From assembly GCA_937960415.1 (NCBI GenBank), contig CALGPK010000006.1, positions 1,416 through 65,415 on the forward strand: a stretch of 64,000 bases of DNA. Direction: 5' to 3'. Position numbers and translations under genes: made by a program. The number at the start of each line of letters is the position of its first letter. The first letter of the stretch is position 1. Of this stretch, positions 49,802-58,469 are shown piece after piece. Under the pieces are notes generated by a model. That model worked only from the letters and a program-made list of their open reading frames with translations, did not search any database and was not told the origin of the DNA. The DNA is from an uncultured Bacteroidales bacterium (GTDB lineage: Bacteria > Bacteroidota > Bacteroidia > Bacteroidales > GWA2-32-17).

Positions 49802-50968
49802 ATGTTTGTATTGTTATTCTTTTTATTGTTAAGCATGGTAGCTTTTTCGCAACCATTGTCTTATTCTGACAGTCGCAAAGAACTGTTTTGTCGGATAGAA
49901 AACAATAAACAAAACTCAGAACTCGAACAAATGTCGGCTGCATATCATTACGATGTGATTGTAAAATCAAGAATAGAACAATTAAGCTATCAAACTCCGA
50001 TAAAACTCGAATATAACGATGCAGTGAGAAAGTACATCGATTATTTTTTAAATGAAAAACGCGAATGGCTTAAAAACTGTATAAGACTTTCGAATTATTA
50101 TTTTCCTATTTTCGAAACTTATTTAGATAAATACAATTTGCCGCTTGAACTTAAGTATCTTGCGGTTATAGAATCGGGACTAAATCCCTTTGCTCGGAGT
50201 AAATCGGGGGCAGTTGGTTTGTGGCAATTTTTGTTTCCAACTTCTCAATTGCTAAATCTGAAAGTTACTTCATTTATCGACGAACGTCAGGACCCTCATA
50301 AGTCAACCGAAGCGGCTTGCCGTTATCTTGAATATCTGTTCAATCTTTTTAACGATTGGCAACTTGCTATTGCTGCTTACAATGGCGGTCCTACAGTAAT
50401 AAAAAATGCAATGATTCGAAGCGGAAATAAAACCACCTTTTGGGAAATAAGACCTTATTTATCGGATGAAACAAAAAATTATTTACCAGCCTTTATTGCT
50501 ATGAATTATTTAATGAATTATCCCAGTGATTACCACTTAGTCGATAACTCACCAACTCTATATAATTTTCAGTTCGATACGATTATGATAGATAAACCTG
50601 TTTATTTAACAGATCTCTCAACATTGTTGAATATACCTATAGAAATATTACGTTTTTTAAATCCTCAGTACAAGAAAGATTATGTTCCATATTCTATACA
50701 CCCATTGCCTATTGTACTACCTGCCGATAAAATATCGGATTTAATCAAACAGTTGCCCAATCTTAACTCTACAGCCTATAATACTCGTGTTGCTATAGAG
50801 CAGCAGAACAAAAAACCCGTTCAATATGTAGTGAAAAAAGGTGATTATCTGACCAAATTAGCAGTAGAATTTCGCTGTTCGCCCGAAGATATTAAACGTT
50901 GGAACAATTTGACTGGAAATGAACTCAATACAGGCTCTACCCTTACTATTTGGACTTATGATTATTAA
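49802..50968 (+). CDS. Lytic transglycosylase (MltD-like) with C-terminal LysM domain
   Basis: Signal peptide. SLT catalytic region LKYLAVIESGLNP...GAVGLWQF...AAYNGGP. C-terminal LysM YVVKKGDYLTKLAVEFRCSPEDIKRWNNL. Confidence 0.88.
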   Translation: MFVLLFFLLLSMVAFSQPLSYSDSRKELFCRIENNKQNSELEQMSAAYHYDVIVKSRIEQLSYQTPIKLEYNDAVRKYIDYFLNEKREWLKNCIRLSNYYFPIFETYLDKYNLPLELKYLAVIESGLNPFARSKSGAVGLWQFLFPTSQLLNLKVTSFIDERQDPHKSTEAACRYLEYLFNLFNDWQLAIAAYNGGPTVIKNAMIRSGNKTTFWEIRPYLSDETKNYLPAFIAMNYLMNYPSDYHLVDNSPTLYNFQFDTIMIDKPVYLTDLSTLLNIPIEILRFLNPQYKKDYVPYSIHPLPIVLPADKISDLIKQLPNLNSTAYNTRVAIEQQNKKPVQYVVKKGDYLTKLAVEFRCSPEDIKRWNNLTGNELNTGSTLTIWTYDY

Positions 50969-50981
50969 ATAATGCTTAATG

Positions 50982-51016
50982 AAAAAAAAGCCCTGTAAAA
51001 AACAGAGCTTTTATTT
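50982..51016. terminator. Bidirectional terminator between the lytic transglycosylase and the AP2 gene
   Basis: Stem AGCCCTGT / ACAGAGCT (8 bp, one mismatch) with loop AAAAA. It is flanked by A8 upstream and TTTTATTT downstream. Confidence 0.55.
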
Positions 51017-51046
51017 AAATTAGATGTAATATAATAACTAGGGAAT

Positions 51047-51616
51047 TTACTTTTTTTCTATCTTTTTTAAAAAATCTTCGGGCAATACATTCAACGAACA
51101 GGTTTGACCAAAGAGTTCTATTGATTTTTTATTGTACGCATAGGCTGCTTCTTCGGGGGTATTGTAAGCACCCAACGGTATGCCTTTACGGTTAACATAA
51201 ATGTATGCATAATACTTGTTTCCTTGTTTTACAACTCCCCGATAACCAGTTGAATTTTTTACTTTTTTGGTGTTTCGAACAAGATATGAAAAAGTACTCC
51301 ATTCTAAATTGCTCAAACGACAATCGTGAGGAATACCGTTTTTAAAACGTACAAACCAACGGGTTTTTTCATCAGGTTTAGGAATATAACGCTCGGCAAT
51401 TAATTTGTGCAAATAAATAGTTTCATTGGCATACTTCAGGTTTTGTTCTTCGGGTTTCCAATTTTTTTGGAAAAAAACATACCCATTGGAATGTTCACGC
51501 AAATTTTCAAAAAATGAAATCTGTTTTAAATGTGGATCATTAAACAGTTCATTAAAAACTCTTTCGTCCAGAAGAGCTTTTTTATCACTGTTTTTTAGCG
51601 AAATTTTTACTAGCAT
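51047..51616 (-). CDS. AP2-domain DNA-binding protein with degenerate HNH-like N-terminal region
   Basis: 189 aa. The C-terminal GYRGVVKQGNKYYAYIYVNRKGIPLGAYNTPEEAAYAYNKKSIELFG matches the AP2/ERF pattern. The upstream LHKLIAERYI...VRFKNGIPHDCRLSNLEW resembles the HNH_3 core, but the first His is replaced. Confidence 0.7.
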   Translation of the reverse strand: MLVKISLKNSDKKALLDERVFNELFNDPHLKQISFFENLREHSNGYVFFQKNWKPEEQNLKYANETIYLHKLIAERYIPKPDEKTRWFVRFKNGIPHDCRLSNLEWSTFSYLVRNTKKVKNSTGYRGVVKQGNKYYAYIYVNRKGIPLGAYNTPEEAAYAYNKKSIELFGQTCSLNVLPEDFLKKIEKK

Positions 51617-51652
51617 TGCATTTCAATTTTATGGTTAATAAAAAATTTTTAA

Positions 51653-51660
51653 CAAAGTTA
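51653..51660 (-). promoter_or_regulatory. Putative -7 promoter box TAACTTTG upstream of the AP2 gene
   Basis: The minus strand reads CATATAACTTTGTTAAAAATT. It is an exact TAnnTTTG 36 nt upstream of the ATG. Confidence 0.4.
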
Positions 51661-51763
51661 TATGAATTTATTATTAATTCCAAATATTTTTATTAACAAT
51701 TTTAGTGTTTTAACATTATTTTGATTTTATTATAACAGTAGTTTTCACTATCTTAACAGTCTT

Positions 51764-52492
51764 ATGAGTAACGAATTTGATTGGTACAGCAGAACAGAAC
51801 TTTTAATTGGCAAAGAAAACATCGAGAAGTTAAAAAATGCTCACGTATTGGTGGCTGGTTTGGGTGGAGTGGGAGGATTTGCTTGCGAATTATTGGCAAG
51901 AGCCGGTATAGGTACTCTTACGCTTATCGATTCGGATGTATATAGTCCGTCGAATCGAAATAGACAAATTGGGGCTTTCATGAGCACAGAAGGAATGTAC
52001 AAGACCGATGTTATGGAAAAACGTTTAAAAGATATAAATCCGCAGATAAACATACATAATAAAAAAATTTATTTGAAAGACGAAAATATACCAGAAATAT
52101 TGAGCAGTGAGCCTTATTCGTATGTGTTAGATGCTATAGATACTCTTTCGCCCAAAGTATTTTTTATTTACCATGCAGTAAAGCTCAATATTCCGTTAAT
52201 TAGTTCCATGGGTAGTGGAGGTAAATTTGACCCTTCGCTTATACGCATTGCCGATATAGCCAATTCGCACGAATGTCGTTTGGCTTATATTGTCCGAAAA
52301 AAGCTTCATCGTTTGGGAATTTATAGTGGCTTTAAAGTTGTTTTTTCAACCGAAAAAGTATCGAAAGATAGGGTTTTCCTTATAGAAAACGTGGTCAATA
52401 AGAAATCGGTTATTGGAACAATTTCTTATATGCCACCTCTTTTTGGTGCTTTTGCAGCGAGCGAAATCATTCGCGATATTTTGAAAAAATAG
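51764..52492 (+). CDS. tcdA: tRNA threonylcarbamoyladenosine dehydratase (ThiF/E1-like)
   Basis: 242 aa. Rossmann/E1 motif VLVAGLGGVGGFACELLARAGIGTLTLIDSDVYSPSNRNRQ, and length typical of TcdA/CsdL. Confidence 0.85.
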   Translation: MSNEFDWYSRTELLIGKENIEKLKNAHVLVAGLGGVGGFACELLARAGIGTLTLIDSDVYSPSNRNRQIGAFMSTEGMYKTDVMEKRLKDINPQINIHNKKIYLKDENIPEILSSEPYSYVLDAIDTLSPKVFFIYHAVKLNIPLISSMGSGGKFDPSLIRIADIANSHECRLAYIVRKKLHRLGIYSGFKVVFSTEKVSKDRVFLIENVVNKKSVIGTISYMPPLFGAFAASEIIRDILKK

Positions 52493-52538
52493 AAAAGGGT
52501 TGTAATTTAGCATTTCAACAATTATTTGTTTCAATTTT

Positions 52539-54368
52539 ATGAAAAACCTGAATATTTCTTATTTTAAGCGAAAAATAACGAAAACATTTTTTCGTTTTCC
52601 GGTGGTTGTGCTTTTTATTTTATTGGCAACGATATCATCACTCATAGATTTTTATAGTAAAGAAAATAATGATTTGTGGGTGCATTTGTTTTTAACGTCT
52701 ATCTGTGCGATACCTCTGTTCACCTCAATTAATCTTTATCTCGAAAGAGTTGAAACACGTCGTTGGTTCAATATATCAGTTAATATAACAGGTTTTCTTA
52801 TATTAATTGTTTTTTTTCTTAATCTACCGCACAATTATATTTACGATAAGCATTTTATACGTTCATCGGTTTTGTTTCTGGCTTTTGTAATTTCTATGTT
52901 TTACCTGCCTTTTATCGGGTTTCATCAGCCATTACCTTTTTGGTTTTATAACTACAACTTTGTAAAACGTATCATTATATCGTTTATTTACGTTACAACA
53001 CTTTTTGTTGGCTTACTTCTAGCTTTATTTGCTATTTTGGGTTTATTTGATATAAATACCAGTTATTTAATCACGCCTACATCTATTGTGGTTTATGTGT
53101 TATTATTTCCGTTGCTTGTTATTGGTGGCTTGTCGCCTAAATTTACGTATCATGCCGAAAAAGTTTACTATCCCCGCTTTTTAAAAGTTTTTGCACAATT
53201 TATCTTAATGCCTATTGGGATATTGTATGCCATTATTTTGATTGCATATATTGTCAAAGTTATTGCAACTGGTATATGGCCATCGGGTTATACGGTAAGT
53301 TTGGTTCTGGGATATTCTATTATTGTTTTATTGAATATCATTTTAACACATCCTATTCTTTTTGAGAAAGAAAATCAAAATTATCGCAAGATTATCTATG
53401 GATTACTAGCACTATCGTATGTTTTTATTGTAGTTTATTTAATTGCTATATTTAAACGTATCAACGAATATGGTTTAACCGAAGGAAGACTTTATGTGGT
53501 TCTGTATGCTTTTTGGTTTTTCTTTGTGGTAACGTATTTTTTATTCAAAAAAATGAACGATTTACGTGTTATTCCTTTAACATTATTATTGATATTGTTT
53601 TTATCGGTTACTGGTCCGTGGAATGTTTTTAAATTTAGTAAAAACAATCAGCTGAAACGTTTAATAAATATTGCAAAAACTGAAAATATTTGGATTGACA
53701 ACAAAATAGATGGTCGAAATGCTATTGTGAAAGAATCGTCGTTAGTTGAGATGAGCTCCATAGCCATGTATTTGGTTTCTACACATGGGCATCGTTCTAT
53801 AGAAAAGGTGTTTAACATAAATGCCGACTCGTTGTTTTCTGTTAATAATCAAAATAGTTACGATTTTTTGAAAGCAGCTTTTAAGTCGGCAGGTATGCAA
53901 TTTAATTTATATCCTAACGGAGACGAAGTATCCGAAAAATATTATCAATTATATCGAACTCATAGTGATAATTATTTATATTTGTCTGAAACCAGTAAGT
54001 TTGTTTGTTTGTTTAAAATACATCCAAAGGATTCTCAGTTTTTGCAATCGTCATACAAGATCGATGGAAATGAACTTTTCAGATTAGATTACCGTCCAAA
54101 CGATGTAGCTATTTATATTTATTACCACGATAGTATTGATGCTACGTTGTGGTTAGCGCCATATTACGATTACTTGAAAGAGCTGAATAAGGATAATGCC
54201 GATTATATTTGGTGTAAGCCAACCGATTTAAAAGCAATAGCGCAAGGCAAGCGATACAATTATGTATTTTACTTCAATTCAATTGGCTTTGAAATATCGA
54301 AAGGCACTAACATAGTAAAACCAACGTCGTTCGAAGGTTTAATGTTCATAGAGCCGATTAAAAGGTAA
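52539..54368 (+). CDS. Large polytopic membrane protein with C-terminal soluble domain (possibly DUF4153-like)
   Basis: 609 aa. The first ~350 residues are a series of hydrophobic helices. The last ~250 are hydrophilic. The family label is a recollection and unverified. Confidence 0.5.
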   Translation: MKNLNISYFKRKITKTFFRFPVVVLFILLATISSLIDFYSKENNDLWVHLFLTSICAIPLFTSINLYLERVETRRWFNISVNITGFLILIVFFLNLPHNYIYDKHFIRSSVLFLAFVISMFYLPFIGFHQPLPFWFYNYNFVKRIIISFIYVTTLFVGLLLALFAILGLFDINTSYLITPTSIVVYVLLFPLLVIGGLSPKFTYHAEKVYYPRFLKVFAQFILMPIGILYAIILIAYIVKVIATGIWPSGYTVSLVLGYSIIVLLNIILTHPILFEKENQNYRKIIYGLLALSYVFIVVYLIAIFKRINEYGLTEGRLYVVLYAFWFFFVVTYFLFKKMNDLRVIPLTLLLILFLSVTGPWNVFKFSKNNQLKRLINIAKTENIWIDNKIDGRNAIVKESSLVEMSSIAMYLVSTHGHRSIEKVFNINADSLFSVNNQNSYDFLKAAFKSAGMQFNLYPNGDEVSEKYYQLYRTHSDNYLYLSETSKFVCLFKIHPKDSQFLQSSYKIDGNELFRLDYRPNDVAIYIYYHDSIDATLWLAPYYDYLKELNKDNADYIWCKPTDLKAIAQGKRYNYVFYFNSIGFEISKGTNIVKPTSFEGLMFIEPIKR

Positions 54369-54771
54369 TGGGTTCTATTCCGGGCAATAGCAATATCGTG
54401 GTTTTGTTGCCCGGATACTTTATTTTGGCTACATTATAGGTAAGTTCGACCTTGTTTCTTGGGCATTTGGAATTTTCTGTAAATCGAAGTCCCAACTGAG
54501 CTTTGGGAGGCATACTTTTCAAATAATTTCCATTGAAAACAAGTTCTGCATGGTCGTTTTTGCAAATATTAGCTTCGAAAACAATAGTTAGTAAACTATC
54601 TTTGAGCGAAGCAGATTTTATTTGATATTGATTAGATCTAATACTATAATCAAAACTTTGGTCAATAGTAACTTCATAAACAGTAGGAATTTTGCCCGAT
54701 TTTGAACAAGAATTAGACATGATAATTGGGGCAAAAACAATAATCGACACAAAATAAATGTACATTTTCAT
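54358..54771 (-). CDS. Hypothetical small lipoprotein
   Basis: 137 aa. Signal peptide with lipobox-like IIMSNSC. I recognise no family. Its 3' end overlaps the convergent 52539-54368 gene by 11 nt. Confidence 0.55.
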   Translation of the reverse strand: MKMYIYFVSIIVFAPIIMSNSCSKSGKIPTVYEVTIDQSFDYSIRSNQYQIKSASLKDSLLTIVFEANICKNDHAELVFNGNYLKSMPPKAQLGLRFTENSKCPRNKVELTYNVAKIKYPGNKTTILLLPGIEPITF

Positions 54772-54775
54772 AAAG

Positions 54776-55459
54776 CTATTGTTTAAAACGATTTAATACG
54801 GTGTAGCCAGCTAATTTTCCTTTTTTATCGTACGATTCCTGTTTTATCATTCCAACTCCTTTGGCATACCATTCGGCAGCAGTAGCTTGTACGGTAAAGA
54901 TGGATTTTGTTTCAATGTTATAGGTTATTTTAAAACAATCAAAAGTACCGGCGGGAACAGTAATGCTTTCTTTTGATTCAACCTTTCGGTTGGTAATGGT
55001 TGCAGACATGGTCATGATTCTCATGCCCTGATTGCTAACACTCATAGTTGCAGAACCATTGTTTAAGGCTTGTCCTACTGAAAGCGTAGATGGAATTTCC
55101 AGCTTGTCCGAAACAACTTGTACTTCCATATCTTTAAATTCCGACATTTGTTTTTGGTCGAATAAGCTGTTCATATCGAAGCTTAACACTCCGTCTTTAC
55201 AACGATACTCTTGTTTCCATTGGTGTGTAGTTGCACCTTTATTGTCGGTTGATACGTTGTCGGTTTGAATAATCCATCCACCATCTTTTAGAACAACATC
55301 GGTTACTCTGGTTGAGTTGGTATATTCGAGTTTGTTTTTGTTGTTGTAATGTGCATACTCAAATTCAATGCCTTTTTTCTGTAAGTAAAAATCATTACAG
55401 CTTTGCGAATATAAATAAGCGCAAATAAAAACAGATATTACGGAAGCAATTGTTTTCAT
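54776..55459 (-). CDS. Hypothetical secreted beta-rich protein
   Basis: 227 aa. Signal peptide MKTIASVISVFICAYLYSQS. The C-terminal pattern VPAGTFDCFKITY...AEWYAKGVGMIKQESYDKKGK resembles DUF3108-type barrel proteins. This is a weak recollection. Confidence 0.55.
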   Translation of the reverse strand: MKTIASVISVFICAYLYSQSCNDFYLQKKGIEFEYAHYNNKNKLEYTNSTRVTDVVLKDGGWIIQTDNVSTDNKGATTHQWKQEYRCKDGVLSFDMNSLFDQKQMSEFKDMEVQVVSDKLEIPSTLSVGQALNNGSATMSVSNQGMRIMTMSATITNRKVESKESITVPAGTFDCFKITYNIETKSIFTVQATAAEWYAKGVGMIKQESYDKKGKLAGYTVLNRFKQ

Positions 55460-55481
55460 AGTTGTTGTAATAAGAGGTTTA

Positions 55482-57164
55482 TTAATGAGTATCGGTTCCC
55501 AAAACTTTGAATTTATCGCCGGTTTCTTTTACTATTCGTTCATACCATTCTTTACCATAACCAGGTTGAACTACTTTAGGATTACGCTGACCAGGTACAG
55601 CGTACTTAATATTCCCATCCATGTATTTAACAAATAAGTCGTGATATAATTTTTTCCAGCGAGCAACAGTTGCATTGGCTGTTAGAACACTAAAATCGGT
55701 AATAAATTCAGTAGCTTTCTTGGGGTCTTTTTGATACAATTCTAAAGCTCCTTTGTCAATGGCTTGAACATAATCGAAATATTTTTGTTCGAGTTCTCTC
55801 TGAACGGGTTGTAAATCTTTAATCATTTCGTTGAATCGGGTATATACAAAATTTGAAACTTGGTTAAATACCCAGAAAGCGCTGGTTTCGCTAAATTTCA
55901 TCATATCGCCATTACCTACGGCATACGATTCGGGCACACGGGTCGATCCACAATAAATAGGGGTGAAGCAGTTAAGGTAGGTGTCGTCAACTCCAAACCA
56001 AATAATACCGCCAATGTGGTTGGGAAGCCATGCACGCGATTGCGAAACAAATACAAAGCCGGTTTGCTGTGTACTTATGGCACGTTCGTTGAAGTAAGTA
56101 ACGGTGTCAACTTTCCACGTGAGTGGACGCCAGCGGACAACGCAGCCAAAAGGACCGGCTCCAAGGTCTTTTGACATATCCATCGGTGTATCCTGATAGT
56201 AATCGCGTGTTAAAGAAAAAACATCGAGTACGGATAATTTCTGGTCGGGCTTAATGTACAATGGCATGCGATTTTTTAAGTTTTTGCCCATAGCGTAATC
56301 TAAATATTTCCCCATATCTTTGTTGATGCGGTTGAACATTGCCCATACTCTGGCTTCGCAAAAACGTGCGCCACCAAAATCAATGGGAGCATATACATCG
56401 CTGAAACTGAAATCTTTATCTTCGCCTTTATAGTATCCCATCTGGCGGGCAAAAGAGATAACATCGGCGCTATGGTAAACGGTTTGCGATGGGTCGTTGA
56501 AGTTGTTAGTTTTTTGGATTGGGAACGTAGTGATACGGGCATGGTTGGCATGAGCCGATACATAACCATCGGGAATAAGAATAGCTACCCATACGGCACC
56601 TTTGTTGTAAACGGTTTTCCCCTTAGCATCTTTTTTAGGCGACCCTTTTCCTATCATTTCTAGAATCCAAACTTCATTGGGGTCGGCAATAGAGAATGAT
56701 TCGCCAGTGCTATAATAACCATACTCAGCAACCAGGTCGGTCATGATTTTTATAGCTTCGCGAGCAGTTTTGGCTCGTTGTAGTGTAATGTATATTAGGC
56801 TTCCATAGTCAAGTATTCCGGTAGTATCTTGTAATTCTGGTCTTCCACCAAAGGTAGTTTCACCAATAACTACCTGATACTCGTTCATGTTACCTATTAC
56901 ACTGTAAGTTTGTTTTACCTGGCGTATTTTGCCAAGATATTTTCCCGTATCCCATTCGTAAATATCAATGAAGGTGTTGTCTGCATGGGTTGCTGCCGGA
57001 GTAAAATATAATTCTCCATACAATACATGACTGTCGGCTGTGTACATAATCATGGTTGAGCCATCTTTTGATGCACCTCGGGTTACTAACAAGTTGGTGC
57101 AGGCATAATTAGGAACACTCAACAATATGCTTGCTCCGAAAAATAAGAAAATGATTTTTTTCAT
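55482..57164 (-). CDS. Peptidase family C69 dipeptidase (secreted)
   Basis: 560 aa. A signal peptide is followed immediately by the N-terminal nucleophile Cys (NYACTNLLVTRGASKDGSTMIMYTADS), the hallmark of C69 Ntn-hydrolase dipeptidases. Confidence 0.85.
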   Translation of the reverse strand: MKKIIFLFFGASILLSVPNYACTNLLVTRGASKDGSTMIMYTADSHVLYGELYFTPAATHADNTFIDIYEWDTGKYLGKIRQVKQTYSVIGNMNEYQVVIGETTFGGRPELQDTTGILDYGSLIYITLQRAKTAREAIKIMTDLVAEYGYYSTGESFSIADPNEVWILEMIGKGSPKKDAKGKTVYNKGAVWVAILIPDGYVSAHANHARITTFPIQKTNNFNDPSQTVYHSADVISFARQMGYYKGEDKDFSFSDVYAPIDFGGARFCEARVWAMFNRINKDMGKYLDYAMGKNLKNRMPLYIKPDQKLSVLDVFSLTRDYYQDTPMDMSKDLGAGPFGCVVRWRPLTWKVDTVTYFNERAISTQQTGFVFVSQSRAWLPNHIGGIIWFGVDDTYLNCFTPIYCGSTRVPESYAVGNGDMMKFSETSAFWVFNQVSNFVYTRFNEMIKDLQPVQRELEQKYFDYVQAIDKGALELYQKDPKKATEFITDFSVLTANATVARWKKLYHDLFVKYMDGNIKYAVPGQRNPKVVQPGYGKEWYERIVKETGDKFKVLGTDTH

Positions 57165-57188
57165 AATATTTGTTTTTTTTGTTAATTA

Positions 57189-58469
57189 CTATACGGTAAC
57201 CAGAACTAATTCGTTTTCGATAGCAGTTAATGGTAATTTTTCAAGCATACCCATTTCACTAAGTATAGCTTTTAAAGTATCGGTTTCGATAATACCCGAA
57301 AGTTTTGCAAAGAAGAATAGCGATGAAATTACTGCATTTTTTGCTCCTTTACCTCTAAAATCATACGAAAGAATTTGTGCTTTGGTTTCGGGTAAGGGTA
57401 ACGATTTGTCGATGAGTATCCACTGATGTTCATTCATTTGTTTAATAGTATTTTTGCTAAAATCAAGTCCATCTTGCGAAGTAACAATGACGTACTCTGG
57501 ATTGCTAAGCCCGTGGAAAAGGATTTCGTCGGGCGAAATATTTACTTCGGCATTGCTAAAGCCAACTCCTACGGTTACCGGGTAAGTGCCTTTTTGAGTA
57601 ATGTTGTATCCATGTTTAACGGCAGCTTTGCACAATATGTTGGCTGCCAACTGCACACCTTCTCCGGCAGACCCGCTGAGAACAACTTGTATTTGGCTGG
57701 TCAATATTTTTTCTTTGTTCAGATGTTCAATAACAGGTGTTTTGTCAAATAAGTTGGAAACAATTTTTCGTTCAGGGAAGACAAAGGGGTCGCGATGGTT
57801 TGTCCATGTTTTAATGGGTTTGTTAGCTGCTTCAACAATTTCTTGCAATTTGCGTTTAGGATTGAATTTTACGCCATAACTGGGGCAAATTTCCATAACT
57901 TCGATGAGCGAAAAGCCGGGTGTTTTGAGTGCGTTTTTGATGGTTTCGCTGTAATCGCCTATGCCCAGTACACGGCTTACGTAATTAGCACCAGCTGTAT
58001 AAACCAGTTCGCATATATCATGTTCGCCGTATGGGCTACCATTGGGAGTAATGATGGTATTGAAGCCTTTGGGAGTAAGACCGCTTAGCTGTCCGCCGGT
58101 CATGCCATATAAGAAATTGTTGTGAACCACAACAGTTAGGTTAACATTCAAACGCGCTGCTTCTAATATATGTTGTAAGCCAATAGTTGCACCTCCATCA
58201 CCAATAAATACGATTACTTTTTTTTCGGGTGGTAATCCCATGCTAATCCCAGCACCCAAAGCAACCGATCGACCATGTAAACCGTGAACAGTATGTGTAT
58301 TCAGCGATTTGTCGATAATTCCGTGACACCCTATGTCGGTTACAAATATTACATCCAGTATGTTAAGGCCTAGTTCTTCGATGGCTTTTGCTGTATTTTG
58401 TGCAATCAGATGATGTCCACAGCCTTTGCAAAAAGGCAGTTCCTTGGTATTTAATACGTTGTTACTCAT
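57189..58469 (-). CDS. 2-oxoacid:ferredoxin oxidoreductase, beta (TPP-binding) subunit fused to a gamma-type domain
   Basis: 426 aa. N-terminal FCKGCGHH and TPP motif IGDGGATIGLQHILEAARLNVNLTVVVHNNFLYGMTGGQ. The C-terminal ~175 aa have the POR-gamma pattern (IQVVLSGSAGEGVQLAANILCKAA). Confidence 0.85.
   Translation of the reverse strand: MSNNVLNTKELPFCKGCGHHLIAQNTAKAIEELGLNILDVIFVTDIGCHGIIDKSLNTHTVHGLHGRSVALGAGISMGLPPEKKVIVFIGDGGATIGLQHILEAARLNVNLTVVVHNNFLYGMTGGQLSGLTPKGFNTIITPNGSPYGEHDICELVYTAGANYVSRVLGIGDYSETIKNALKTPGFSLIEVMEICPSYGVKFNPKRKLQEIVEAANKPIKTWTNHRDPFVFPERKIVSNLFDKTPVIEHLNKEKILTSQIQVVLSGSAGEGVQLAANILCKAAVKHGYNITQKGTYPVTVGVGFSNAEVNISPDEILFHGLSNPEYVIVTSQDGLDFSKNTIKQMNEHQWILIDKSLPLPETKAQILSYDFRGKGAKNAVISSLFFFAKLSGIIETDTLKAILSEMGMLEKLPLTAIENELVLVTV

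Noticed and set aside
50969-51763. AP2/HNH gene as part of a prophage, group I intron or other mobile element.
   Set aside because: There are no integrase, phage, transposase or intron-like sequences. I found no convincing direct or inverted repeats in the flanks. The neighbours are core genes with their own terminator and promoter. I treat it as a single, possibly domesticated gene.
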